From Planctomycetota bacterium (GTDB taxonomy: Bacteria; Planctomycetota; GCA-002687715; DRQF01): a DNA stretch of 64,000 nucleotides. Both the position numbers and the translations under genes were made by a program. The notes below the pieces were generated by a model. It saw only the letters and a program-made list of their open reading frames with translations, was not told the DNA's origin and made no database searches. Below are positions 20,225-30,119 of the stretch, piece by piece. The stretch spans positions 1 to 64,000 of the forward strand of contig JAZGFI010000017.1 of NCBI GenBank assembly GCA_036479435.1, in the 5' to 3' direction. How positions within the stretch are numbered: the stretch's first letter is position 1; every line of letters starts with the position of its first letter.

Positions 20225-21230
20225 ATGGCTTGCGGGCGTCTTGCAACTCGTGCAGGCCTCCAAGTTTCATTCCGCGGGCGTTCACCGTCACTTCATCGAG
20301 CTCCATGACCTCCAGCAATTCCCGGTAGATCAGCGCTCCGTGCACGAATATCGGCGCGCGCAGTTCCGTCAAACTGGGCATCATGAGCCGGCGTTCTGCG
20401 GCGCTCATTTCTGCGGCAACGGCAATCATGGAGTCGATCGTTAGGCGTTGGATGATCCGCCCGTGCACCAAGCGGGCGCGCTCTTGTTTCGATGATGGCC
20501 CAAGTTCAGCGTCGACGGTCGCCAACGACAAGATGGCGCCGCTAGTTCCGACGATGCGCTGAGGGAGTCCCCGCCCTCGTTTCATGCAAACTCGAAGCTT
20601 GTGGAATTCGCGGCGAAGAAAAGTGGAGAGGTCGTCGACTTGCTGGGCGCCAAGCCGTCCGGCGGCGGCCTGGGGCGGCGCGATCTCCATCAGCTGAATC
20701 ATGCCGAAGGGAAGGCTCACCCAGTCGTCGGCGCCACCGCGTCCTGGGTTTGAATCCAGCATGGCGAAATCGTGGCTTGAGCCTCCGGTGTCGATCGACA
20801 AGAGGGGCCGTTCAGGAAGTTCGAGGCTCTCTTGAGCCGATCTGAGCGCCCACTTCGCCTCGGTTTCGGCGTCGATACAGCGGACGTCAGTGGCCTCACC
20901 GAGCCTGGCCCGCAACTCATCCAAGAACACTTCACCGTCGGCGGCGCGGCGCACGGCCTCCGTCGCGGCTAATAAATCGAGGGAGGCCCCTGCGCTTTCG
21001 ATTCGAGCCACAAAATCCGAGATCGCGGCCAAGGTTGCCCGTTTTCCCTCGGCGGGGAGTTTTCCGCCGACTTTGAGGCCCTTACCAAGGCCAGTCGCGA
21101 CGTCATCGGACTCTAAGTAGACCTGAGCTTTGCCCAAACTCCAGTCGTAGATGGCAAACTTTGCGGTACTGCTACCGACGTCGATGACCGCGCGCCTCGA
21201 TTTTGTCAATGAGAACCTCCTAGCATCCAA
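20223..21230 (-). CDS. Ppx/GppA-family phosphatase (exopolyphosphatase-like)
   Basis: AVIDVGSSTAK, ATEAVRRAADG, IDAETEA and IDTGGSS ASKHA-fold motifs. The start is uncertain. Confidence 0.85.
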   Translation of the reverse strand: MDARRFSLTKSRRAVIDVGSSTAKFAIYDWSLGKAQVYLESDDVATGLGKGLKVGGKLPAEGKRATLAAISDFVARIESAGASLDLLAATEAVRRAADGEVFLDELRARLGEATDVRCIDAETEAKWALRSAQESLELPERPLLSIDTGGSSHDFAMLDSNPGRGGADDWVSLPFGMIQLMEIAPPQAAAGRLGAQQVDDLSTFLRREFHKLRVCMKRGRGLPQRIVGTSGAILSLATVDAELGPSSKQERARLVHGRIIQRLTIDSMIAVAAEMSAAERRLMMPSLTELRAPIFVHGALIYRELLEVMELDEVTVNARGMKLGGLHELQDARKP

Positions 21231-21323
21231 AGCTGTCTCTGGCCCCTTGTCGGCGGAAACACCATAATGTCCAAAACGTCACCCGAGCCGATCCTCGTCG
21301 TCTGGGTTGAAGGCGGGGGAGCT

Positions 21324-22490
21324 ATGGTCGAGTCATTCATCAGCCGCGAAGACTACATGAAGCGGGAGGACCTTGTCCTTCGGCCCTATGCCATGAGATC
21401 GTCGCAATCTAAGGGCCGTCGCTACCCGGAGACCCCCGACCCTTGGCGCAACGATTTTCAGCGCGACCGCGATCGCGTCCTGCACTGCACGGCATTTCGC
21501 CGGCTGGAGAGCAAGACCCAGGTCTTTGTGAGTCGGACCGGCGACCACTATCGCACCCGTTTGACCCACACGCTTGAGGTCGCGCAGATTTCGCGGTCTA
21601 TCGCGCGGATCTTGGGCCTCAACGAAGATTTGAGTGAAGCCGTGGCGCTCGCTCACGATCTAGGGCACACGCCCTTCGGTCATAGCGGCGGCGATGTTCT
21701 AGCAACCCTCATGAAGGACTTTGGTGGTTTCGAACACAACGCCCAGTCCTTGCGCATCATCGAGTACTTGGAGCAACGTTACCCCGATTTTCCGGGATTG
21801 AACCTCAGCTACGAAGTGCGCGAGTCGATCGTCAAGCACAAGCGTCCCTTCGAAGGCTCAGCCTATGAGGACTATCATCCCAACGAGGGGGCACTGCTTG
21901 AGGCTCAGCTCGTCGACATCTGTGACGGCATCGCCTACAACAGCCACGACCTGGACGATGGATTGGCGTCCGGGATCTTGCAGCCGGAGATGGTCGAAGG
22001 ACTCGGTATTTGGCAGCGCGTTGGTGAAGACGTCGATCGCCGCTACCACGGAGTCTCAGGGAAAATGAGACGGCTCAAATGCGTCAGCGAGATTATCAAC
22101 TACTTGTTGAACGACCTCATTCGCGAATCGGCGCGACAGCTGCAAACTTTGGCGATCGAGGATCTTGAAGATGTGCGAGCGCAGCAAGCTCCGATATTGC
22201 GTTTTAGCCCCGAGGCCGCGACTTTAGATCAAGAATTGCGCGCGTTCTTGTACGATTCGTTTTACACTCACTTTCAGGTGCGCCGCATGCGTAATCGTTC
22301 GCGGCTTTTCATCGAAGGGCTGTTTCAGGCCTTCGTTGAAGGACCCTACTTGATGCCGAAGAAATTTAAGGCGCGAGCCGAAACTGAAGGCCTTCACCGC
22401 ACAGTTGCCGACTACATCGCAGGCATGACCGATCCCTACGCGGAAAAAGAGTACCGCCGCTTGTTCGACCCCTTCGAAGAGTCGCTTTAG
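21324..22490 (+). CDS. dgt: dGTP triphosphohydrolase (HD family)
   Basis: FQRDRDRVLH, RTRLTHTLEV, HDLGHTPFGH, FEHNAQS and DYIAGMTD. Start moved to ATG 21324 (GGAG). Confidence 0.93.
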   Translation: MVESFISREDYMKREDLVLRPYAMRSSQSKGRRYPETPDPWRNDFQRDRDRVLHCTAFRRLESKTQVFVSRTGDHYRTRLTHTLEVAQISRSIARILGLNEDLSEAVALAHDLGHTPFGHSGGDVLATLMKDFGGFEHNAQSLRIIEYLEQRYPDFPGLNLSYEVRESIVKHKRPFEGSAYEDYHPNEGALLEAQLVDICDGIAYNSHDLDDGLASGILQPEMVEGLGIWQRVGEDVDRRYHGVSGKMRRLKCVSEIINYLLNDLIRESARQLQTLAIEDLEDVRAQQAPILRFSPEAATLDQELRAFLYDSFYTHFQVRRMRNRSRLFIEGLFQAFVEGPYLMPKKFKARAETEGLHRTVADYIAGMTDPYAEKEYRRLFDPFEESL

Positions 22491-23281
22491 TGGCGAAGAG
22501 CAGCTACGACGAAGTCGAAGACATTCTTGGGTATCAGTTTCGTGATCGATCGCTGTTGCGGATCGCTCTGACCCACGGCTCGGCGAAAACGAAATCTCGG
22601 CCCTCAAATGAGCGTTTGGAGTTTCTCGGCGATGCCGTGCTGGGTTTCGTCGTGACCGACTTCCTCTACGCCGAAGACGAGGAGATTGACGAAGGGCGCA
22701 TGACGAAGGTCAAAGCTCAGGTTGTCTCGCGCAAGTGCCTCACGGATGTGGCAGGGCAACTCGGACTCGCGGCGGAGCTCGATGTCGGCCGTATGTTTTC
22801 CGATCCCTCCCAGTTGCCGTCGAAAATCCTGGGCAATGCCGTCGAGGCCATCCTCGGTGCCATCTGGTTAGACGGTGGATTGGACGGTGCCATCGACTTC
22901 GTTGATGAGTTTTTCGGCGCGGCGATCGACGAGGCGCTCGAGGCGCCCGGTGACCGCGATTACAAGTCTCGATTGGGACAATGGGCTCAGCAGCGATACC
23001 ACGTTTCTCCCACTTACGAGCTCGACGAAGTCGAGGGGCTCGACCATGCCTTGACCTTCCACGTGAGCGTCGTCGTCGAAGGGGTGACCTTGGGCGATGC
23101 GCGCGGGCTCAGCAAAAAAGCCGCGGAGCAAGAGGCCGCCCGGCGCGCTCTGGAGCACTTGGAATCCACCGCCTCAAAAACACCGCCGGCCAGCCCGCGA
23201 AAAAACTCGAACCCTGACGAGTTCGGGGCGGGCTTGTTCGACAACGATCCGACCCGGCGTCCTCGGCGTCCTATTCTGTGA
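22490..23281 (+). CDS. rnc: Ribonuclease III
   Basis: ALTHGS, NERLEFLGDAVL, EAILGAIWLD and a dsRBD (DYKSRL...KKAAEQEAA). Confidence 0.96.
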   Translation: MAKSSYDEVEDILGYQFRDRSLLRIALTHGSAKTKSRPSNERLEFLGDAVLGFVVTDFLYAEDEEIDEGRMTKVKAQVVSRKCLTDVAGQLGLAAELDVGRMFSDPSQLPSKILGNAVEAILGAIWLDGGLDGAIDFVDEFFGAAIDEALEAPGDRDYKSRLGQWAQQRYHVSPTYELDEVEGLDHALTFHVSVVVEGVTLGDARGLSKKAAEQEAARRALEHLESTASKTPPASPRKNSNPDEFGAGLFDNDPTRRPRRPIL

Positions 23282-26200
23282 GCCGCCGGCAGAAAACGGC
23301 GCTGGGTTTAGGTCACCTTGTTGATCGACTCCAAAAAAGCAAAGCCTACCGATGCTTTGGGGAGGCTCTCGACCGAAGTGAACGCCCGGCGGCGGGAAAC
23401 ATCGTGGGCTCGGCGGCCGCCGCGCTGTTGGCGGGCCTGGCCCATGACCGCCCACGACCTCGACTGGCGGTGTTCCCCTCTATTGGCGAGGCGCAGGGGA
23501 TGGCCGACGATGTCGCGCTGTTCGCACCCGACGTCGACTGGCTGTATCTGCCGACCTCTGAAGAATCTGGGTTTTTGCAAGGAGTCGACCGCTCGGCCTA
23601 CGGACGCCGCGTCGAAATTGCTCGGCTCCTCGCGAATCCCGAATCACCCTTTTGTGTGATCACATCGGCGATGGCGCTGCTGGAAGAGTCTCCCGACCCC
23701 GAAAGCCTTCAAGGGCGCACCTTGTCTTTGTCCAAAGGGGCGGAGAAAGATCGCGACGAGATCGCGGCGGCTTTAGCGGAGGGTGGTTTTGAGCGCGTTC
23801 CCATTGTCGAACGCGCCGGACAGTTTGCGGTACGCGGCGGCGTCGTGGACCTTTATTGTCCCTTGGCTTCTGAGCCCTTGCGCATCGAGATGTTTGGCGA
23901 TGAGATTGACTCCCTGAGGAGCTTTGATCCGGTCAGCCAACGTTCGATCCGGGAACACCAACACATCGAAGTCACGCTCACTCATCGAGACGACGTTGAA
24001 GACCATCTTCGCGAAGCGCGACCACCTCTTTTGAAAAGCCTCTCCGACGAAGTTGAGTTGATCCTTCGTGACCGCAAAGAAGTCGGCGAGACCGCGCAGC
24101 GCCACGAAGGTCAGATGTCCCGGGCGAAATCCAAAAAAGGGGGCGAGCTGGCGAGGACCCTGGATGACCGCGCACAGGCGTTTTTCGAACGACTGCCGGT
24201 CGACGCATCGGACGGCGAGGATTTCGACATCGGCGGCATCGAGGCGCGCGGCAGCGATATGGAGGCCGCCATCGAGACGCTGGATGGTCTGAGCGCCAAA
24301 GGCAAAGACTTGTTGTTGTGCTTTACCACTGAAGCTGAGCAGCATCGCTTTTGGGAGGCGCTCGAAGAGGAAGCGGAGCCCCTGTTGGCAGAGTCGCTCC
24401 GCGCTCGAAATCTAGGCTCGCGGATTGGAACCCTATTCAAAGGATTCCGCTTGCGCGACAGCAAGATCGCGGTGGTCAATCATCGCGAGCTTTTCGACAT
24501 CGCGTTTCAGCGGCGCCCTAAAGCGCGCCGAATTGAGCGCCCGGAAACGCGGGCCATCGACGACTTCGTTGACTTGGAAGAGGGTGACTACGTCGTTCAC
24601 GTCGCCCACGGTATCGGTCGATTCATCAAAGTTGAGACCATTGTGAAGGGTGGTGAAACTCAAGAGTTTTTGGTTCTTGAGTACCGCAACGAGCTGCTGT
24701 TGTATGTGCCCGTAGCCCAAACGGATCTCGTACAAAAGTACATCGGAGGCAAAAGCGACGGCCCGCGTTTGTCGACCATTGGCGGTCGGTCTTGGAAGAA
24801 GAAAAAGATGGACGTCTTCCACGCGGTGGAAGACTTGGCGGCGGACATGATCGAGAGCCAGGCGGCTCGGGAACGATCCGAAGGTTATGCCTTTCCGCCC
24901 GACGGCGCTTGGCAGCACGAGTTTGAAGCCGCTTTTCCCTACGAAGAGACGCCGGACCAACTGGCCGCCATCGAGGCAATACGCGAAGACATGGAAGCGG
25001 CGAAGCCGATGGACCGTTTGATCTGTGGCGATGTCGGCTACGGCAAAACCGAGGTCGCCATGCGTGCCGCTTTCAAAGCGGTCATGGCGGGCAAACAAGT
25101 CGCGATCTTGGTGCCGACGACGGTGCTGGCCGAGCAGCACTTTAAGTCCTTTCACGAGCGCATGGGCGCCTACCCGGTTCGTATTCGCTGCCTGAATCGC
25201 TTTCGGACCCATCGCGAGCAACAAGAGACTATCTTGGAACTGGTTGAGGGTCGTGTCGACATCGTGATCGGGACGCACCGTTTGGTTTCGAAAGATGTCG
25301 CTTTCAAGGACCTGGGCCTGGTCGTCATCGACGAGGAACAGCGTTTTGGTGTGACTCACAAAGAACGCTTGCGCACGATGCGCAAGATGGTGGACATCAT
25401 CACCTTGACGGCGACGCCGATTCCGCGAACGCTGCATTTGTCGCTACTTGGCATTCGCGACATTTCTTCACTCACCCAAGCCCCGCGGGGTCGTCAACCC
25501 GTGCAGACCAAGATCGTTCGCTACGACGAAGACTTGATACGCAAGGCGGTACTTCACGAACTTGAACGCGGCGGCCAATGCTACTTCGTTCACAATCGTG
25601 TGAAGACGATAGAGCGCATTCGGAAAGATCTGCGACGCATCGTGCCCGAGGCTGAGGTCTTAGTGATCCACGGGCAACTAAGAGGCGAGGAAATCGAGCA
25701 CAACTTGACGGCCTTTGTGAAACGTGAAGCAGATCTGCTATTGGCGACGACCATCATCGAGTCGGGCTTGGATATCCCCACGGCCAACACCATTTTTATT
25801 GATCGGCCAGACATGTACGGCCTCGCGGACTTGCACCAGCTTCGCGGCCGCGTGGGGCGTCAGCGCGACAAGGCTTTCGCGTGGCTTCTTCTTCGACCCG
25901 ACACGATTTTGACGGGTGATGCGGAAAAACGGATGCGCGCAATCGAGGAGTTTGACGATCTCGGGAGCGGGTTTCGTATCGCGATGCGCGACCTTGAGAT
26001 TCGCGGTGCGGGCAATTTGCTCGGGGCTCAGCAACACGGTCACATCGAAGCGGTGGGTTACGACATGTACTGCCGTTTGCTCGATGCTGCGGTGAAGAAA
26101 CTAAAACGCGAACGGTCGGTCTTGCCGGACGAAGTCGATCTCAGTCTCGACTTCGAGGCCTTTTTGCCCAGCGACTGGATTCTCGACCCCAAAGTCAAGC

Positions 26201-26562
26201 TCGAGGCTTACCGCAAGCTTGGCCGCGCCGCTCGCGACGACGACTTTAGACTCGTGGTGGAAGAACTCAGCGACCGTTTTGGTCGACTACCCGCAATGGC
26301 CATCGACTTCGTGGACATTTGCCGTATTCGCGCCCTGGCGGAACGCCTCCGTTTAAAACGAGTGGCGAGCTCAAAGGGCCGTGGAATCTTGTTGCGCCCG
26401 GAGGACTTACGCGATTTGCGGCGGCGACTTGCGGTGACCCGCGTTGAACATCGGGTGATCGGCAACAAAGACGTCTTGCTGGTGCACCCGGCCAGATTCG
26501 AGCGCCCTTGTGAAGCCCTTGGTCTCCTGGAAAAGGCACTCTTACCGAACCGAAAGGCCTAG
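23278..26562 (+). CDS. mfd: Transcription-repair coupling factor
   Basis: GDYVVHVAHGIG, CGDVGYGKTEVA, DEEQRFG, TATPIPRTL, QLRGRVGR and DLEIRGAGNLLG. Confidence 0.98.
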   Translation: MSRRQKTALGLGHLVDRLQKSKAYRCFGEALDRSERPAAGNIVGSAAAALLAGLAHDRPRPRLAVFPSIGEAQGMADDVALFAPDVDWLYLPTSEESGFLQGVDRSAYGRRVEIARLLANPESPFCVITSAMALLEESPDPESLQGRTLSLSKGAEKDRDEIAAALAEGGFERVPIVERAGQFAVRGGVVDLYCPLASEPLRIEMFGDEIDSLRSFDPVSQRSIREHQHIEVTLTHRDDVEDHLREARPPLLKSLSDEVELILRDRKEVGETAQRHEGQMSRAKSKKGGELARTLDDRAQAFFERLPVDASDGEDFDIGGIEARGSDMEAAIETLDGLSAKGKDLLLCFTTEAEQHRFWEALEEEAEPLLAESLRARNLGSRIGTLFKGFRLRDSKIAVVNHRELFDIAFQRRPKARRIERPETRAIDDFVDLEEGDYVVHVAHGIGRFIKVETIVKGGETQEFLVLEYRNELLLYVPVAQTDLVQKYIGGKSDGPRLSTIGGRSWKKKKMDVFHAVEDLAADMIESQAARERSEGYAFPPDGAWQHEFEAAFPYEETPDQLAAIEAIREDMEAAKPMDRLICGDVGYGKTEVAMRAAFKAVMAGKQVAILVPTTVLAEQHFKSFHERMGAYPVRIRCLNRFRTHREQQETILELVEGRVDIVIGTHRLVSKDVAFKDLGLVVIDEEQRFGVTHKERLRTMRKMVDIITLTATPIPRTLHLSLLGIRDISSLTQAPRGRQPVQTKIVRYDEDLIRKAVLHELERGGQCYFVHNRVKTIERIRKDLRRIVPEAEVLVIHGQLRGEEIEHNLTAFVKREADLLLATTIIESGLDIPTANTIFIDRPDMYGLADLHQLRGRVGRQRDKAFAWLLLRPDTILTGDAEKRMRAIEEFDDLGSGFRIAMRDLEIRGAGNLLGAQQHGHIEAVGYDMYCRLLDAAVKKLKRERSVLPDEVDLSLDFEAFLPSDWILDPKVKLEAYRKLGRAARDDDFRLVVEELSDRFGRLPAMAIDFVDICRIRALAERLRLKRVASSKGRGILLRPEDLRDLRRRLAVTRVEHRVIGNKDVLLVHPARFERPCEALGLLEKALLPNRKA

Positions 26563-26628
26563 GCTTGCCGGAACATGAAGTCGTCGGCGCCGCCGGTTAG
26601 ACTTCGGCTCACGAAAGGGAGGTTCAGG

Positions 26629-27702
26629 ATGTTCTCGAATACGCGTCTAGGAACGATTCTGGTGGTTTGTATAGTGAGCGCTGCCTGGTTTCACCCCGCT
26701 CCCGCCTCGGCTCAGGTCGTGCGTGGCAACAAGATCGAAGCCGTGGTGAACGACAAGGTCGTGACCCGCTACGACGTCTTCCAAGAGCTCGACAAAGCGA
26801 GCTATGACAAGATGAGTGCCTCCGAGCAAAAGCGCGATTTTAATGCTGCCGTCCAAAACCTCGTGTTGGGCATCTTGCGCGAAGAAGCCGCGAAAAAAGC
26901 CGGCGTCAAGCTCTCCGAAGAGCAAGTTCGCGGTTCTTTGACGCGCTACATTGACGCTCGCTGGGGCGGTGAGGAAGGTTTTGAGAGCTTTTTGAACGAC
27001 CAGGGCCTCAGCGAAAAGTCCTACATTGAGGACTTTCGGCGCCAACAAAGGACCCAGGCTTGGTTGCGAGTGGTCAGTGGGCGAGGGGCCGCGGCCAAAC
27101 TTTCGGAAGATCTCCGCCCGCTCTATGACATCACCGTAACGCCCAAAGAAATGCGGACTTTTTACCGTCTCAATCGCGACGAGCTCTTTTCCACGAAAGA
27201 CGAGATCAAGGTTCGCTACATCAAAATGTTCTACAAGCGCGGCAACAAAAAGTCGCTGCGCAAAGTGAAGCAAAGGATGCGCGGCATCAAAGCGAGTCTC
27301 GCCACGAAAGCTGACTTTGCCGTTTTGGCCGAGAAGTACAGCGATGATGTCGCCACCAAAGACGCAGGCGGCGACATCGGCTGGATCGAAAAGGGCAAAA
27401 CCGACAAGGTCCCCGAGGCCATCGAGAAGCTCCTATTTGCCGAAGGCGTGAAGGCTGGCGACATACTGGGGCCAAAACACCTCGTCAACGCTTATTGGCT
27501 CATGAAGGTCGACAACATCAAGACCGCCCGTACCAAGCCCTTCACCGAGGTGCAGGCCGATATCCGCAATGAGCTCGTGCGGCGCAAGAACAAAGCTGCC
27601 CTGACGCGCGTGTTAAGTGTATTGGTAGAAAAAGCTTACATTCGTCCACCGCGCCTAAAGGTTCAAATCAAGGCCAACTTGGCCAGCCAACGTCGCCGCT
27701 AG
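26629..27702 (+). CDS. SurA/PpiC-type periplasmic peptidyl-prolyl isomerase
   Basis: Signal peptide, SurA-N like IEAVVNDKVVT and parvulin motif FAVLAEKYSDD...GGDIGW. It follows mfd. Start ATG 26629 with GGAGG. Confidence 0.85.
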   Translation: MFSNTRLGTILVVCIVSAAWFHPAPASAQVVRGNKIEAVVNDKVVTRYDVFQELDKASYDKMSASEQKRDFNAAVQNLVLGILREEAAKKAGVKLSEEQVRGSLTRYIDARWGGEEGFESFLNDQGLSEKSYIEDFRRQQRTQAWLRVVSGRGAAAKLSEDLRPLYDITVTPKEMRTFYRLNRDELFSTKDEIKVRYIKMFYKRGNKKSLRKVKQRMRGIKASLATKADFAVLAEKYSDDVATKDAGGDIGWIEKGKTDKVPEAIEKLLFAEGVKAGDILGPKHLVNAYWLMKVDNIKTARTKPFTEVQADIRNELVRRKNKAALTRVLSVLVEKAYIRPPRLKVQIKANLASQRRR

Positions 27703-27842
27703 TGGCCAAAGCTCGCTCTTTGGCGTCGTGGTCCCCCCGGCGGCGGAGGCCTTGGCTGCGTTTTGGGGGCTCTTGCCGAGATTGGGGTGGGCGGCTACTC
27801 TGCCCGAGTTCGAAGCTGGCCGCGACTCGCTATCAGATGTGG

Positions 27843-27871
27843 CTTAAGTTGTTGGCCTTCAATGACTTAAG
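27843..27871. promoter_or_regulatory. AT-rich imperfect palindrome, candidate protein-binding site
   Basis: CTTAAGTTGTTG-GCCTT-CAATGACTTAAG, with 10/12 arm symmetry. Confidence 0.4.
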
Positions 27872-28076
27872 ATCATTGAGTTTCGAGCCATAGCGGGACC
27901 GAGGTCTTCGACCGGCAGGGTGCCGCCGCAACAGATAAATCCCGTTGGGGCTGAACCTTCGGGAGATGGGCGCGTTGATGGCGCTCGAGTCCGAAAACAG
28001 ACCTCGCGCCTTGCAGAGTCAGGGTGCTCGGTTTTGAAAATCCGGTCGTATGGCCGTCTAAGGAGTGAAAATAACC

Positions 28077-29609
28077 ATGTCCTACGAGATGTATCGCCAA
28101 CAGTTCGAAGGCGACTCCTTCAACGACATCCTCGTCGATCAGTTGCGCCGCGCGCCTTGGATCTTGGTGTCTTTCGCCCTGCACGCCCTCATCTTCATTT
28201 TGGTGTGGTGGTTGACCAACGACCCCAAAGACATCCAGTCTTTGGCCGATACTGAGGTCGCGCTCGATGAGGAAATCATCGACGAGGAGGAAGAAGAGGA
28301 AGAAGAACCGGAAGAAGAAGAGCCTGAACCAGAAGAGCTCATCGAAGACCCGGTCGAAGTCGACGAAGAAGTCGACGAGCACGACGAAGACGAGACCAAC
28401 GAAGAGTACGAAGAGATCCGCGGCGAAGAGGATCAGATCAACGACAAGCCGATGGACGCCTCGTCCAACAACGATGCGATCGGTCTTGGCGGTGGTGCGG
28501 GCGGCGCCTTTGGTGGTCGCCGTGGCGGTCGCCGTCGTCTGCGCAAGGGTCGTGGAAAGCGCGGCCAGGCCGTTGTCGACCGTGGACTCGAATGGCTCAG
28601 CCTCCACCAGTCGAAAGACGGCTCCTGGGACTGCGACGAGTTCGCGAAGAACGGCGATCCGGCCAAGGGTGCCCTGTGCGACGGTAAGGGCGGACCCCTC
28701 TACGATGTCGGCGTCTCGGGCCTTGCGCTACTCGCCTTTTTGGGTGCGGGCGAAACTCACAAAGCCGGCGACTACCGGGCCACCGTTCGCAAGGGATTGA
28801 GCTGGCTCAAAGAACAGCAGGACTCCGAGGGCTGCTTCGGCCCCCGCACGGTTAACAACTTCACTTACAACCACGCCATCGGCGCGCTGGCCATGTGTGA
28901 GGCCTACGCCATCACCAAGGCTCCGCTGTTCAAGCGAGCGGCGGAAAAGGGCATCGAGTTCATCGTCGCTTGCCAAAACCCCTATAAGGCTTGGCGCTAC
29001 GGCGAAGCGGATGGCGACAACGATACTTCGGTCACCGGTTGGATGGTGATGGCGCTCAAGTCGGGTAAGGCCGGTGGCCTCGCTGTCGACCCCAAGGGCT
29101 TCGAGTGGGCGCTTTCCTTCATCGAGGACATGACCGACGAAGAGAACGGTCGTACGGGCTACAACAGCCCCGGCGGTCTTCCCGTTCGCGAAAAGGGCAA
29201 GATCGAAGAGTTCCCCAGCAGCGAGTCGGAATCGCTCACGGCCGTGGCCATGCTCGTCCGCGTCTTTGCCGGTCAGAACCCTGAAGAGCACCCGATGGTG
29301 AAACTCGGTAGTGACCTTCTTCTCGAAAAGCTCCCGCTTTGGGACGAGTCGCGCGGTTCCATCGATATGTACTACTGGTACTACGGCACGCTGGCGATGT
29401 TCCAAGTCGGTGGCAGTGCTTGGACCGAGTGGAACAAAAAGATGGAAGAAGCCGTTATCGAAACGCAGCGTGACGATGGCAACTTCTCGGGTTCTTGGAA
29501 CCCGATTGGGGCCTGGGGTGAAAACGGCGGCCGCGTTTACGCGACGGCCTTGCAGACCCTTTGCCTTGAGGTTTACTACCGCTACGGGAAGGTGTTTGGC
29601 ACGCGCTAA
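28077..29609 (+). CDS. Membrane-anchored prenyltransferase/squalene-oxidase-repeat protein
   Basis: N-terminal TM (PWILVSFALHALIF), an acidic linker and a Gly/Arg linker, then repeats GLEWLSLHQSKDGSW, DTSVTGW, YYWYYGT and QRDDG..GSW..GGRVYATA. Confidence 0.85.
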   Translation: MSYEMYRQQFEGDSFNDILVDQLRRAPWILVSFALHALIFILVWWLTNDPKDIQSLADTEVALDEEIIDEEEEEEEEPEEEEPEPEELIEDPVEVDEEVDEHDEDETNEEYEEIRGEEDQINDKPMDASSNNDAIGLGGGAGGAFGGRRGGRRRLRKGRGKRGQAVVDRGLEWLSLHQSKDGSWDCDEFAKNGDPAKGALCDGKGGPLYDVGVSGLALLAFLGAGETHKAGDYRATVRKGLSWLKEQQDSEGCFGPRTVNNFTYNHAIGALAMCEAYAITKAPLFKRAAEKGIEFIVACQNPYKAWRYGEADGDNDTSVTGWMVMALKSGKAGGLAVDPKGFEWALSFIEDMTDEENGRTGYNSPGGLPVREKGKIEEFPSSESESLTAVAMLVRVFAGQNPEEHPMVKLGSDLLLEKLPLWDESRGSIDMYYWYYGTLAMFQVGGSAWTEWNKKMEEAVIETQRDDGNFSGSWNPIGAWGENGGRVYATALQTLCLEVYYRYGKVFGTR

Positions 29610-29642
29610 ACGCTAAGCACTAAAGGCGGAAGGCAGAATTTG

Positions 29643-29680
29643 AAGGGCAGGTTGACTGCGAAAGTCGACCGGCCCTTTGT
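29643..29680 (+). terminator. Intrinsic terminator
   Basis: AAGGGCAGGTTGACT-GCGAA-AGTCGACCGGCCCTT-TGT. Confidence 0.65.
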
Positions 29681-29768
29681 CAAATACGGACCTAGTGCTT
29701 ACGGGGTGCCAGGCACCACGCCGTCACTTTGCAGTACCAGGCTTGTTTTGGTTGGGATGAGTGCAGAG

Positions 29769-29843
29769 GGGGGAGCAGATAGGGGGAGCAGATAGGGGGA
29801 GCAGATAGGGGGAGCAGATAGGGGGAGCAGATAGGGGGAGCAG
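29769..29843. repeat. Perfect tandem repeat of GGGGGAGCAGATA (13 bp x 5.8)
   Basis: Units start at 29769, 29782, 29795, 29808 and 29821, with a partial unit at 29834. Confidence 0.95.
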
Positions 29844-30060
29844 GGAGGAGCGCTGATTCTCCGGCGTGGCATAGGGAGCTAGGCACCAAGCCGCCGCCTT
29901 TTTGGCCTGGTGTGGAGGGCCGCGCTGCTTTGGCGGCCAGCGGCTTGGATCCTGGCACCCGATACCACGGAATGGTGCGGGGTGCCTGATACCACAGGAG
30001 AAAGCCGAGATGGGATCTCGGCTTTTGCTGATTGAAGGCGAATTATGGTCTAACCCGGCG

Positions 30061-30119
30061 GCCCGTTCGACTCGCTTTGCTCGCTCAGGGCTCCATTTAA
30101 CTCCTTGGAGTTAAATGGA
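30061..30119. repeat. REP-like unit plus perfect 13-bp palindrome over the rpsT stop
   Basis: 30063-30097 matches 18925-18959 at 34/35. TCCATTTAACTCC-TT-GGAGTTAAATGGA lies at 30092-30119. Confidence 0.85.

Noticed and set aside
24433..25437. Long antisense ORFs (also 27873-28607, 30506-31474, 41495-42313, 54797-55681, 56003-56881)
   Set aside because: They lie opposite well-supported genes and are expected from GC-rich codon bias.
28077..29609. Squalene-hopene cyclase
   Set aside because: It has only one barrel and no DxDD motif, and the N-terminal TM plus acidic linker fits the prenyltransferase-repeat family.
29769..29843. Possible CRISPR array
   Set aside because: The 13-bp units are head-to-tail with no unique spacers, and there are no cas genes.
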